This document shows positions 25,151 to 38,581 of a stretch of DNA of 64,000 bases, piece by piece. The first letter of the stretch is position 1. Each line of letters opens with the position of its first letter. The position numbers and the translations under genes are program-made. Under the pieces are notes generated by a model, which saw only the letters and a list, made by a program, of their open reading frames with translations, did no database searches and was not told the origin of the DNA. Source of the stretch: Narcine bancroftii (Eukaryota); assembly GCF_036971445.1 (NCBI RefSeq), contig NC_091471.1, positions 119,598,001 to 119,662,000 of the forward strand, given 5' to 3'.

Positions 25151-28029
25151 CTGACCTCGCCAGGACCGTTGCCCACTCCCCCTCCCTGCCGCAGGCCGAC
25201 CCGCGACTCACGGTGACGGGGCCGCTGATCCGCCGAGATGCCGCCCTGCAGCGAGAGCCGATGTCCCCGCACTGTCGTTGTCCAACCCGATCGCCCGCAA
25301 ACCCCACCCTCCCGCACACAGGCCTGAGTAAGTATTATGAACTTTAATCTCAGGATAAAACGATCTTCCAATAGTTTCATGTCACAGTGATAAATATATT
25401 CCTGGTTAAAAATGGTCCTGCACCTGGATACAAGCTCATTAGGCATAAAACTTGAAAAGTGTGTAAATCAAAGGATATCTGTACGAATGGAAAAAGGGCA
25501 TGGCAAATAACCCTGCAAGAGTTCATGCCCACAATCAGTCACCCATTTGATTGTTTCAGGAATCATGTTATTCTCCCACATTCTCAATAGCCCTCAGATT
25601 TTACTATTCGACAGCACACTAGCAACATTTGACAAATCCTCTATAGAGAAGTATTATTTATTGAATATTTTATTTCTCATTTGTTAATGCTTCTGGAAAG
25701 AGTTTATCCAAAACTATTATTAAACATTTATTTTAATAAGAAAAAGTTTAACATTACATATGTTGAAAGAAGAGAAAACATGCAGATGTTGTTGAAAATT
25801 TTCAATAAATATTTAGTTCGGCCCTCGACTTAGTCCAAGTTTTTAATTTTGGCCCTCCGTGAATTTGAGTTTGACACCCCTGTCCTAGATCATAATATCA
25901 AATTAGACAGATAGTACTCTCTGTTATGACCAATGCTTGCTATATTGTAACTCATTTGGTTTCTATTCAGAATTTTTTTTAAGAAATAATGTTTAATGAA
26001 CAATTATGTATGGATTTGAATTACATTTTTATTAATTTGTGATATGTAATTTTCTTTTTTATGCTATATTAGTAGTCTTTGTATGTAGGATTAATATGTT
26101 AAACTCAGTATAAATATTTTTAAAAAGAAAGAAATATTACAATAAGCCAAATTGCTTCTTTAGAATCATCTATGCAACTGTTCTGAGAATATCATTCTAT
26201 GTTAATGAGATTTTGACAAATTCCGTGCATTAATAATATATAGATATATATAGATATATATAAATATAAATATTTATTTATTTGTTTATTCTCCATATTA
26301 TTATCATAAAAATATGTGGACATCAATCAGCATTGCACAGATTTGAATTCAAATAAAATCCCTTAAATCCCCTTGAGCCGATTTAGTGAGTGGGGGTGTA
26401 GTATGCATATATATATAAAAGGAAAGTAAACAACCAATATGTTCCTTTTTCTATGCATCATTTTTATATCTTATTAATGACAGGCTTCAACGAATGAACA
26501 ATCTAACAAAAAGCAGCAAATGTTTAATCAAGTTTTATACAAAAATTCATGTGCTTTTCTTAAATAACTTCCACTTTGGTATGAGGTGTCATTTCTGATC
26601 TGTTTTCTATTTCCACACATCATTATCCTCATATTGCTCATTTGTTGGTCAACTGTGTAATCAGTTGTCAGTTTTTAGTGGATTGTTGATCGCTGGGAAC
26701 TGCTGTATGGTCAGAGGATGTTGATAGTTGGGATGGGTCCTGGTGTTAAGAGAAAGGGTGGTGGAAGGATTGGGGGGGACGTGGTTGGATGATTCTCTGT
26801 TGGGACAGGTCAAACATGGGTCTCAAACTTAGTTGGGATACATTTGGGAGCCTAAAGAAGTGCCTTCTATTCCCAAGGAGATTTACTAAATGAGCATCAC
26901 AAGAATGTGAAGAACAAGGTCTCAAGGAGCATTTAAGTTCTGCCTCTGAATGACTTACCCATGGACAGCAACTGCAATTAAAAATTATGAATGTCTCCAG
27001 CCATGCATCCCATGCTGTTTGGCATCACCATGCATGTTTCATGTTCTCTCATACTGTACATTGGCAGGCCATATGCATGGAAGAATGAAAATGTACAATT
27101 TCCAGTCTGTGATTTTCAGTAACAATTCCTTTTTTTTTTGGATATTGGAAAATAGGTGACACAATTCAATGTCCTCACTATTTTAAAGAATATGTATTTA
27201 TAATACAAAACTGTACAATTTACCTTGGATACCAGGGAAAAAGTTAATGCTGTCATAATTAAAATGGTGAAAGGTGAAGATCCAAATCCATGACAGAACC
27301 AGAAAATCATGGACATGGAAATGAATCAAAAAGAATTGCAGAGCTAAGATTTGGTAGGAGAAGGAAGGGATTGTAGTGGAAAATGCATAATAGATGACTT
27401 GAATTCAAAACAAATTGTAGATAAATGCATTTTAAACAATTATCCTCAGCTGGGCTTCAAATCTTCCCTCCCTTTATTAAGGTACATAATCTGTTCACCT
27501 CAACCACCTCATCCCCTGCCTCCCCCACCCCCGCACCAAAAGCAACTTTGTTTCACCACCCTCCCACCATACCTCCCACTCTCAACCCTGTCTGTTCCTA
27601 CTCCCCAAACCTTGGATCACATGTTGTCATGTTATCCAATTCTATCCAACTTAACTGCAAATGCTTCCCATTCCCTACAATCACTCCTGTCACAGGTCCC
27701 ATGCTCTTGGGATGACTTATCCATTTATAATTGGACATGGAAATCTGATGACTGTCGGATATGTCTTCCCAAGACTATTTCCAAACCCTAAATCTTAATC
27801 ATTAATGGACAATGTCCCAAATATACCTGCAGCCAACTTCCCAAATCCAGTCTTGGGATTCAAGTTTAAATAAGCTGGTGGCTACATCAGGCCTTGAAAC
27901 CAAGTGTATTCTGATGTGGTGAACAAACCAGTTATGACTCATTATCACCAACTCCCCTATGGGATACCATTTAGCATTCCCTATGATTCTGGATATTTAT
28001 TTCATGAAGGTAGAAATTAAGTAGGTGAT

Positions 28030-29990
28030 ATGGGTGGCATGGTAAGCACAGCAATACAATGTAGTGCAAGGCAATACAGTGACAGTGACCTGGGTTTGAA
28101 TCCGGCATTGTCTGTAAGGAGTTTGTATGCTCTCCCTGTGTCTGCATGGGTTTCATCCAGATACTCCAATTTTATCCCACCTTTCAATACAAGATACATG
28201 TCTGCTATGGCAAGGAATGCAGACCATTACAGCCTACAAAGCAAAGGTGAACACTATAGATGCTTCACAACTCATTGAGTTGAACACCCCCTACACCCAC
28301 TTTGAGAAGAAGAACCAAACAGTGCCTACTAGAATCTCTGAAAAGGCTAAGGACTCTGTGATATCAGTCTTTGAAGCCAAAATAAGAACATCATTCAAGG
28401 GGGTGAACCCTCGTCAGGCATTAGGTCCTAACAGCATACATGGCAGTATACTGCAAATCTGCACCAAACAACTAGCCAGAGTATTCGCAGACATTTTCAA
28501 TTTTTATTGCTGCAGTCAGAGGTTCCCACCAGCTTCAAAAGGGCATCAATCACCCTGGTAGCCAAGAAGAGTATTGTGAGCTGCCTCAACAACTACTGCC
28601 CAGTAGCACTAACTTCTTCTGTGATGAAATGCTTCGAGAGGCTGGACATGGCCAGAAAACATACCTAAATGTGCATATGGACCAACTGCAATTCACCTAT
28701 CATCACAATTTTTCCACAGCAGATGTAATATCACTGGTTCTCCACTCAGCTCTAGATCACCTCAAAAACAGCAATTCATACAATATGGCTGCTTTTCATA
28801 GACTAGCTGGACCTTCAATACTATTATTCTCTCAATGGTGTTCAAGAAGCTACCAACTCTAGCCCTCTGTACTCCACTCTGCAACTGGATCCTTAACTTT
28901 CTCATTGCAAGACCACAGTCAGTATGAATTGGAAACAACATCTCCTCCTCACTGATCATCAACACAGACGATCCTCAAGGATGTGTGCTTCAACCACTGT
29001 TCTACTTGCTGTACACCCATGACCATGTGGCCAGGCAGAAGTCCAATGCCATCTACAAGTTTGCCGATGACACCACAGTTGTCAGTAGATTCACAAATGG
29101 CAATAAGGAAGCGAACAGGACGTAATAGATCAGCTCTTTAAATGGTGTAATGACAACAACATTGCACTCAACATCAGCAAAACACAGAAGATGATTGTGG
29201 ACTTCAGGAGAGAGTCAGTTGAACATGACCCTGTCCTCGTCGATGACTCAGTAGTGGAGAAGGTCAAGAAATTCAAATTCCTGGGGTAAAAATCTCTGGG
29301 AATCTGTCCTTGAGCTTCCACGTTGATGCAATCACAAGAAAGGTTTGCCAGCGGCTATACTTTGTAAGGTATCTGAGGTGCTTCAGTATGTCACCGAAGA
29401 CTCTTGTAAACTTCTAAAGGTGTACCGTGGAGAGTATTCTGGCTGGTTGCATCACTGTCTGCTATGCAGGTTCCAACTCTCAGGACAGGAATAAGCTCCA
29501 GAGGGTTGTTAACTTGGTCTATGACATCACAGGCACTAGACCTTACTGCATCAAGGATGTCTGTAAGAGGTGGTGTCTTAAAAAAGCACCCTTTATCCTC
29601 AAAGACCCCCCACCATCCATGCCATGCCCACTTCAGTCTGCTACCATCAGGGAAAAGGTACAGGAGCCTAAAGACAAGCACTCAGCTGCACAAGGACAGC
29701 ATTTTCCCTGCTGCCATCAGATTCCGGAATAATCAATGAAGCAAAGATGTAGCCTTACCTTTTGTGCAATATTATTGTTATTATTTCATTATATTTTGAT
29801 AGTTTTGTTGTAAACTGGCTATAATATTGCTGCTTGCACTGTGATGCTGCCACAAAACACTGAATTTCATTACTTGCTCTACACCCTGATTCTGAGATGA
29901 GGTTGTCAGTTAATTTGGGTGTAATTGGGCAGCATGGGTTTAAATGGCCAAAATTGGCTTCTTCTCTGTGGTTAATAAAATCTAAAACTT
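28030..29990 (+). mobile_element. V-SINE split by a Rex1 insertion
   Basis: Head with B box GGTTTGAATCC and V-domain at 28030-28195; tail GGTTGTCAGTTAATTTGGGTGTAATTGGGCAGCATGGG resumes at 29896. Confidence 0.8.
28200..29895 (+). mobile_element. Rex1/Babar LINE, 5'-truncated
   Basis: CTKQLARVFADIFN, PQGCVL, YKFADDTTVV, ESILAGCITV motifs; CCTGATTCTG tail. Confidence 0.92.
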
Positions 29991-30269
29991 AAAAATAAAC
30001 TTTGCTTTGTAAATGTAAGTGTGGTGTTTACACTTAGCAATTACATGGAGTATGATGTAGCATAGTTTTTGCCATTAAAATACCATCTAGTAATTGTTTT
30101 ATCTTCCCAGCCTGAAGTTATCACATTATTACTCCCTGTGGTACCTACTTGGGAACACAAAGTGACATTTATGGGAGGAGAGTCCTTACAATTATGTCAA
30201 GGATAAACACATCTGGATGAAAGAGCGATGTCTTAATTTTTAATGAAGATTCAAAGGAGCTAAAAGGGA

Positions 30270-33200
30270 AGCTAAAAAGATCCTTTAAAAGGAGAGTTCA
30301 GGGAGTTAGGTGCTAGATTGAAGAAAAGGACCTCCAGGGTGGGGTTCTCACGATTTCTAACTGTGCCACGTGTGGGTGAGGTTAGAAATAGTAGGATAAT
30401 GCAGGTTAATACATGGCTAAAGACATGGTGCAGGAGGGAGGGTTTCAGGTTTCTCGATCATTGGGTTCTCTTCGGGGGAAGCTGGGACCTATTCCAATGG
30501 GATGGTTTGCATCTGAACTGGAGAGGGACAAATATCCTTGTGGGAAGGTTTGCTAGTGATGCTCTGGTGGGTTTAAATTAGATTTTCAGGGGAAAGAGAA
30601 TGAGAGTGACAAAACAGATGGAGGAGTGGAGGAGGGAAAAGATGATATTAAAATTGAATACACCGTTAAAAGTCAATGGGTTGTACATGGCGGAAATGTT
30701 CTTATGTGCATATATTTCAATGCAAGGAGTATTGTAGGAAAGATGAATGAGCATAGAGCATGGATTAGCACATGCAATTATGATATTATTGTCATTAGTG
30801 AAACTTGGTTGCAGGAGAGGCAGGACTGACAGCTCAATATTCCTGGCTTCCATTGTTTTAGATGCGATAGGATGGGGGGATGAAAGTGGGAGGAGTGCAT
30901 TGCTCGACAAGGAAAATATTGCAATGGTGCTCAGGCATGACTTGAATCCTGAAGCTATATGGGTGAAGCTGAGGAACAAGAAAGGCATGACCACACTCTT
31001 TGGGTTGTATTACAGACTGCCCAATAGTCAATGAGAATTGGAGGAGCAAATTTGTAGAGAGAATAGCAGACAACTGCAGAAAACATAAAATTGTGATAGT
31101 AGGAGATTTTAAGTTTCCACATATTGACTGGGACTCCCATACTGTAAATGGATTGGATGGCTTGGAATTTGTCAAATGTGTTCAGGAAAGTTTTCTAAAC
31201 CAATATATAGAGGTACTATCTAGAGAGGGTGCAATAATGGATCTCCTATCAAGGAACGAGACAGGACAGGTGGCAAAGGTATGTGTGGGGGAACGTTTTG
31301 GGTCCAGTGTTCATAATGCCATTAGTTTCAATTTAATTATGGAGAAGGATAGGGCCTTGGGTTGAGATTCTAAATTGGATAAAGACTACATTTGAGGAAA
31401 TAAGGAAGGATCTATAATTCATAGACTGGGATGTTATTTTATAGCAAGGATGTGCAATATAAGTGGAAGAGATACAAAGGTGAAATTCTGAGAGTACAGA
31501 GTGTGTATGTTCCTGTCAGGATCAAAGACAAGGTTAGAAGGCACAGGGAACCTTGGTTTTCAAGCGAAATGGGGGATCTGATTTGGAAGAAAAGGTAGGT
31601 GTATAATAGGTATAGGCAGCATGAAGAATATGAAGTACTTCAGGGGTATATAAAATGCAAGAAAAATCTCCAGTAAGTAATCAGGAAGGCTAAAAGAAGA
31701 CATGAGATTGCTTTGGCAGACAATGTGAAGGAAAATCCTAAGGGTTTCTACAGATATATTAAGAGTATATTATTAATGGACAACATTCATCCCCTTGAAG
31801 ATCAAGTGGTTGGCTTTGTATGGAGCCAAAGGAGAAGGGGGGATCTTACATGGTTTTTCTTATCAATATTCATTCAGGAAACAGGCACAGAGTTATGGGA
31901 AGTAATGAAAACAAGCAATAGTATCATGCAACACTATAGAGATTAAAGAGGAGGAAGTGCTTGTTGCCTTACAGCAAATAAAGGTAGATAAATCCCCTGG
32001 GCCTGACATAATATTTCCACGAAACTTGAGGGAGGCTAGTGAAGAAATTGCAGAAGCTCTGGCAGAAATATTTAAAATGTCCTTAGCCCACGGGAGTGGT
32101 GCAGGAGGATTAGAAGGTAGGTAACATTGTTCCATTATTCAAAAAAAGGCTCCAAAATTAACATGGGTTTATGCATGGTAGATCATGTTTAATCAATCTT
32201 ATAGAGTTTTATGGAGAGGTTACCAAGAAAGTTGATGAAGGAAAGGCTGTGGATGTTGTCTTCATGGACTTTAGTAAAGCTTTTGACAAGGTCCCACATG
32301 GGGGGTTAGTCAGGAACGTTCAAATGCTAGGTATTCATGGTGACGTATTAAATTGGATGGCTGGATGGGAGGAGCCAAAGAGTTGTGGTGGATGACTGCT
32401 TATCAGATTGGAGGCCTGTAACTAGTGGTGTGCCTCAGGGATGGGACCATTGTTGCTTGTTATCTATATCAATGATCTGGATGATAATGTGGTAATTTGG
32501 ATCAGCAAGTTTGCAGATGACCCTAAAATGGGAGGCATTGTGGACAGTGAAGAAGGTTTTCAAAGCTTGCAGGGGGATCTGGAGCAACTGGTAAAGTGGG
32601 CTAAAAAATGGCAGATGGAATTTAATGTGGACAAGAGTGAGGTGTTGTATTTTGGAAGGACAACCAAGAAAAGACATACATGGTAAATGATAAGGAACTG
32701 AGGAGTGTGGTAGAACAGAGGGATATGGGAATACAGGTACATAATTTCCTGAAAGTGGTGTTACATGTGGATAGGATTGTAAAGAAATCTTTTGGCATAT
32801 TGGCTTTCATAAATCAAAGTATTGAGTACAGGAGTTTGGATGTTAAGTTAAAGTTGTATAAGACATTGTTGAGGCCAATTTTGCAGTATTGCATGCAGTT
32901 TTAGTCTCCTAACTACAGGAAGGATATTAATAAGACAGAGAGGGTGCAGAGAAGATTTATTAAGATGTTGCCTGGACATCAATGACTGAGTTACAGGGAA
33001 AGGTTAAACAGGTTAATACTTTACTCCCTGGACCATAGAAGAATGAGGGGTGATTTGATAGAGGTGTTTAAAATTATGAAGGGGATAGACAGAGTCTATT
33101 ATGAAGGGGATAGGCGTTTTTTTCCATTGAGGGTGGTTGAGATTCAAACAAGAGGTCATGGGTTAAGGGTGAAAGGGGAAAAGTTTAGGGGGAACATGAG

Positions 33201-33436
33201 AGGAAACTTCTTGACTCAGAGAATGGTGGGAGTGTGGAATGAGCTTCCAGCTGAAGTGGTAGATGCAGGCTTAATTTTAATATTTAACAGAAATTTGGAC
33301 AGGGACATGGATGGGAGAGGTATGGAGGGGTATGGAGTGAGTGCAGGTTAGTGGGAATAGGCAAGATAACATGGTTCAGCACAGACTATAGGGGCTGAAG
33401 TACCCTGTTTCTGTGCAGTAATTGTTCTATGCTTCT
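30270..33436 (+). mobile_element. CR1 LINE (end of ORF1 plus decayed ORF2)
   Basis: WCRREGFRFLDHW...DGLHLNWRGT; CIYFNARSI; GDFKFPHIDW; DFSKAFDKVPH; SKFADD; RGDLIEVFKIMKG; TTCTATG tail. Confidence 0.96.
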
Positions 33437-34441
33437 ATGGTACACAGTGAGGGACAGGGCTTGTCCAATCCAAAGAACAATAAAAAAAATGAACAGATGA
33501 CAGTTTTACAAGTCTAAATACAGTAAATGCACACCGAGTCAAGCTGTCAGTTGTAAATAAGGAGAGTTGAAAACATATCTTCCACATGGGTAACTTGTGA
33601 CTGAGCAAACTGACTCCACCTGTGGCCAAGAAATAAGATCATGATATCTTGAACAGTGAAATTCCTCTTAATAGAAAAAAAATCTCATTGTTCCAAGGAT
33701 AAAATATTCAAAAAAACCATGAACTCTTCATGGTTAATTATTGGATTATATTTCACCTTCAACAAACCAGTGTAACAGATGGCCCACCCACAGTAGATCC
33801 TGCCTAATTCTTAGGTTATGAAATAAAGAACAGGCAAGTTGAGTAACAGGCAGATGATCCTCATCACCAGATTGCTGCCAGGGCAGCGAAGGTGAAAATT
33901 TATCCTGTTGAGTCCCAAGAAGCAAATGGAACACTGCAGTCTTTTAGAGGTAAAGGTTATTATGATGGATCACTTGGCTCAAAAATAAAGGTGATGCACT
34001 GATCTAATCTAATTTCTTTTTCAACTTGAACATATGCAAATGGAAAAATAAGAATCTAAAAATAAAAATTATTTTGCTTTTGAAATCATTTCACATACCC
34101 TGAGCAAAATTTGGTGATTTTTTTTTAATGTTAATTGTCAATTTCATTTTAATAAAATCCAAACATCATGAAACATACCAAAGGCTTAACAGTTTTGGCA
34201 GCTCTCTGGTCTCCAGTAGTTTCAGTAGATGAAGTTTGTTCTGACTCATCAACATGATACAATTATGTCACATGAGATCCTGCTGCCTTGCACAGATTTG
34301 CCAATCAAGTTCAGAAAGTACTCAGTCTGCAGGCCTTCAAATTAAAACTGGGTAAATAATGGGCAATAGGAAATCCAAATATCAGGTGTGGGTCCCATTT
34401 GGCAATATTCAGGCCTATGTAAATTACTTCAGAGCCTAAAG

Positions 34442-34701
34442 CAGTGGTTTTCAAACTGCCCCCCTAAAGTTACATTCCACCTTAAGTAATCCCTATGCCA
34501 TAAGTGCTCTGCTTAAGGTGGTATGTGAGTGGGAAGAAAAAGGATTGAAAACCACTGCTTTAATCATTCCTAATTGATTCATTAAGTGCACTGTTTCAAA
34601 ACTCTGATGGAAATGGACCAATGACAACTTTTCTCAAGCAAAATATTTCAGTAACAAATGGGTCTCGAGCAATGGTTCTCAATCTTCCCTTCCCAGTCAC
34701 A
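34442..34701. mobile_element. Composite hAT MITE, right end truncated
   Basis: Unit 1 CAGTGGTTTTCAA...TTGAAAACCACTG (34442-34557), 112-bp spacer, unit 2 starting at 34670 and cut off by CR1 sequence. Confidence 0.85.
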
Positions 34702-37332
34702 TGATGCATGAGGAGATCCTGCAATGAGAGTTCAGAGAGTTGGGCACAAAGTTGAAGGACAGGACCTCCAGGGTTGTGATCTCAGTATTGCTATCCATGC
34801 CACCACGTGCCAGTGAGGTTAGAAATACGAGGATAATGCAGCTTAACACATTGCTAAAGACATGGTGCAGGAAGGAAGGCTTCAGGTTTCTTGATCATTG
34901 GGCACTCGTCAAGAGAAGGTCGATCTGTTCCGAAAGGACTGTTTGCATCTGAAGTGGAGCGGGACTGATATCCATGTGGGAAGGTTTGCTCATGCTATTC
35001 TGGGGTAGTGGGAGGGGAGGGGAATTGAACTAAATTTGCTGGGGGATGGGAACCAGAGGGGCAGAGCAGATAGAGGAATGGAGGGGTAAAAATATTATGT
35101 GAAAATTGCATGCACTATGGTGGAAATGTTCTCAGGTGCATCTGCCAGGACTGGCAGCTCAATGTTCCTGGCTTCTGTTGCTTTAGGTGCAATAGAACAG
35201 GAAGGATGAAAGGGGGAGGGGGGCACTGCTCCTCAGGGAAAATATCAGGCAGAACAAAGCAAACAGCTTGTCTACTCAGGCTATATGGATGGAGCTAAGG
35301 TACATGAAAACTATGACCAAACTCATGGGGTTGTATGTTAGATAGCCCAATAGTCAACAAAAATTGGAGGAGCACATCTGTAGAAAGATACCAGGCAGCT
35401 ACAGGAAACAAAAGGTTGTGACAGTAGGAGATATTAATTTTCCATATATTGACTGGGACTCCCATAATGTGAAAGGGCTGGATGGCTTTGAGTTTGTCAA
35501 ATGTGTTCAAGAAAGTTTTCTAAATCAATATATTGAAGTACCAACTAGAGAGAGTGCAATACTTGATCTCCAATTAGGGAACAAGACAGGTCAGGAGAGA
35601 GTGTAGGGAAACATTTTGGGTCCAGTGACCATAAGGTCATTAGCTTCAAGTTATATATGGAAAAAGATAAGCCTGGTCATCATGCTAGGATTCTAAATTG
35701 GAGGAAGGCAAATCTTGTGGAAATGAGAAAGGATCTAGGAAGAGTGAATTGGGATATGTTATTTTATGGGAAGGGTATGTTACATAAGTGCCTTCAAGGG
35801 CAAAATCATGAGAGTGCAGTGTTTGCATGTTCCTGCTAGGATTAAAGGCAAAGTTGCCAGGCATAGGTAACCCTGGATTTCAAGGGATATTGGTGATCTG
35901 GTTAAGAAAAAGAGGGGAAATGTATAGCAAATATAGGCAGAACTGAGCTAATGAGGTACTTGATGAGTACAGAAAATGCAAGAAAATTCTCAAGAAATGA
36001 ATCAGGAAAGCAAAAATAACACATTATAGGCTGGTGAGCCTGATGTCAGTAGCAGATAAATTATTGGAAGGAGTTCTGAGAGGCAGGATGGCTTTGTGCA
36101 TTGTAGATTGCATTTAACAAACTTTATAGAGTTTTTTGAGGCAGTTAGAAGGTAGATGAAGGAAAGGCTGTGGATGTTGTCTACATGGACTTTAATAAGG
36201 CCTTTAAGAAGGTCCCACATGGGACAAGAAGCTTAAAGACTCTAGGTATTCAAGGAGAGGTTGTACACTGGATTTGAAATTAGCTGAATGGGAGAAAATA
36301 GAGGGTGGTAGTGGATGGTTGCTCCTCAGATTAGAGGTCTGTGACTAGTGGTGTGCCTCAGGCATCCATGTTGGGACCATTGTTTGTTGTATTTATGATT
36401 ATTTGGATGATAATGTGGTGAATTGGATCAGCACGTTTGCTGATGACACAAAGAAAGGTATTGTGGACAGTGAGGAAGATTTTCAAAGCTTGTAGAAGGA
36501 TCTGGACCAGCTAGGAGAATGGGCCAAAAAATGGCAGATGGAGCTTAATGCAGACACATGTGAAGTGATACATTTTGGCAGGGCAAAGTAAGATAGGAGA
36601 CATACGATAAATGATAGGGCACTGAGGAGTACAGAGGAGCAGAGAGATCTGGGAATACAAATACATTGTTCCCTGAAAGTGGCATCACATGTGGACAGGG
36701 TTGTAAAGAAAACCTTTGATATCTTAGCCTTTATAAATCAAAGTATTGAATACAGGAGTTGGGATGTTATGTTGAAGCTGTTTAAGACATTGGTGAAGCA
36801 AAATTTGGAATATTGTGTGCAGTTCTGGTCATCTAACTACAGTAAGGATATCAACAAGATTGAAAGAGTGCAGAGAAGACTTACTAGGATACTGCTGGGT
36901 CTTCAGGAGTTGAGTTAAAAGGTAAGATTTAACAGTTTAGAACTTGATTCCTTGGATCAAAGAAGAATGAGGGGAGATTTGATAGAGGTTTACATTATGA
37001 GAGGTATAGAAGGAGTGGGTGTGAATCGGCTTTTTTCCACTTAGACTGGGGAGATAAATATGAGAGGTCATAGATTTAAGCTGAAAGGGGAATGTTAAGG
37101 GAAAGTTCTTCACTCAGAGAGTGGTGGGAGTGTGGAATGAGCTGCCATCTGATGTGGTGAATGTGGGCTGTATCTTGTGTTTTAAGAGGAAATTGGGTAG
37201 GTACATGGATGGGAGAGGCATGGAGGGTAATGGAATGGGAGCAGCTCAGTAGGACATAGGAGATGATGGTCAGCATGGACTAGAGGGGCCAGATTGCCTG
37301 TTTTTCTGTGCCATAGCATTGTGTAATTCTAT
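34702..37332 (+). mobile_element. CR1 LINE, decayed with internal deletions
   Basis: ORF1 end (KDRTSRVVIS), GDINFPYIDW, LEYCVQFWS, CR1 tail. Confidence 0.95.
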
Positions 37333-37642
37333 GAAAAGAGACAGGACCAGTGACTGAAGCATATTTGTGTGGGGGAACCTTTTGAGTCCAGTGATCATAA
37401 TGTGACCATTAGTTTCACGTTAATTATGGAGAAGGATAGGTCTGGGCCTTGGGTTGAGATTCCAAATTGGAGAAATGACAAGTTTGAGGGCATGAGAAAG
37501 GATCTAGAATGTGTGGATTGGGATAAGTTGTTTTCAGGTAAGGATGTGCACAGTAAATTAGCCGGCATAGGGAATCTTGGTTTTTGAGGGATATTGAAGA
37601 TCGGGTTTAGAAGAAGAGGGAGCTGTGTTGCAGGTACAGGCA

Positions 37643-38581
37643 TATTACATGCTCCCAATTTCAGTTATTTTCATTTGAAAGGGACTAAAAATTTAAGTGA
37701 ACAAATAAAGTTGCAAGCCCTACAAGATATAGGAGATTGACTGTGAATTGACAAGCTGAGGACAGGATGTACCCAAATTTGACACTTATGAGGAGCGAGG
37801 AAGTGCCTGGAAGCCCAGGTGCTGAGACCATGAGACCAACATGTTAAACAGTACACTGTTTCTCAGGGGCCATTTTAAGGAGACAGCACAAGAGCAAGCA
37901 GCTCTTGGAAGTGATACTGTGCTGACGTGGCCTCGTATAGTAATAGACAATTTGTCTGATTTCTTCGTAATATAGGGGAATGAGATTGCAACACCGTGAC
38001 CAAAAGGGAAGGTTACTTTGAAAGGATGACACAAGAAAGGGTTCTGGAATCATGGAATTCTGCAGTTGAGATTGTGACCACTGTGCAGGTCACTTGGAAT
38101 GGCTGATCCACAAAAGGGTTTTGGTAGCAGAAGAAATACGCTTTTCGGCTGACCCACGAAAGGGTTCTGGAAGCTTTGTGAGAATCACTTGCTTTGTGTC
38201 CCTAACATAAAGAAGAGTTTTGATTGCCACTCGTCTGAATAGGACATTTCTCTGTAAGCACCCCAACAAGGATTTTGTGAGTTTATAAACAGTCTGTCAC
38301 CTGGTCTCACCCGCTTACTTCATGAATATCTTTGCATCCACTTAAAGCCTGTGCGTTAACACTCGATTTCTGAAACTGAACTTTGAACTGCCTTTCCAGA
38401 ATTATGCCTGAGCTGTAGTAGCTTGGGTATTCCACACACAAAAGTATATTCACACATAGTTGGGAGTTACGTAGCGAAGCTTAGATAAATTAGATAAGGT
38501 GTTATATTATTGTTAATTAATAATTTTAAATATTATTTTGAATATAGACTCATTTCTATGGCTGCTGCCTGGTATGCAACA
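37643..38581 (+). mobile_element. Solo LTR (~940 bp) inside CR1
   Basis: Termini TATTACAT...ATGCAACA (decayed TGTTACAT/ATGTAACA); GGCA/GGAA 4-bp TSD with one mismatch; CR1 continues across it; layout similar to 1426-2451. Confidence 0.78.

Larger units (their letters stand above)
24076..25882. mobile_element. Non-autonomous hAT (Charlie-type) DNA transposon carrying non-transposase cargo
   Basis: Perfect 8-bp TSD TCCTAGAT at 24068-24075 and 25883-25890; TIRs CACACATGTCAAACTC and GAGTTTGACACCCCTG; subterminal GGCCC(GC) repeats at both ends; no transposase. Confidence 0.95.
23750..26132 (+). mobile_element. L1-clade LINE 3' end, with a hAT element inserted in its 3' UTR
   Basis: WLHDIMSYLNLEKI*CNIKDRKFQFQKMWSPFIEYYH resembles the ORF2 C-terminus of fish-type L1; T-rich UTR ends TAAATATTTTTAAAAAGAAAGAAA. 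Confidence 0.7.

Noticed and set aside
24814-25347. 177-aa ORF with GGPGETQQVK repeats as a real gene
   Set aside because: Explained by translation of a 30-bp minisatellite; overlapping ORFs are open on both strands.
27500-27800. Penelope GIY-YIG linker remnant
   Set aside because: Resemblance is too faint to support without alignment.
28030-28110. tRNA gene
   Set aside because: B box is present but continues into a SINE V-domain; no cloverleaf.
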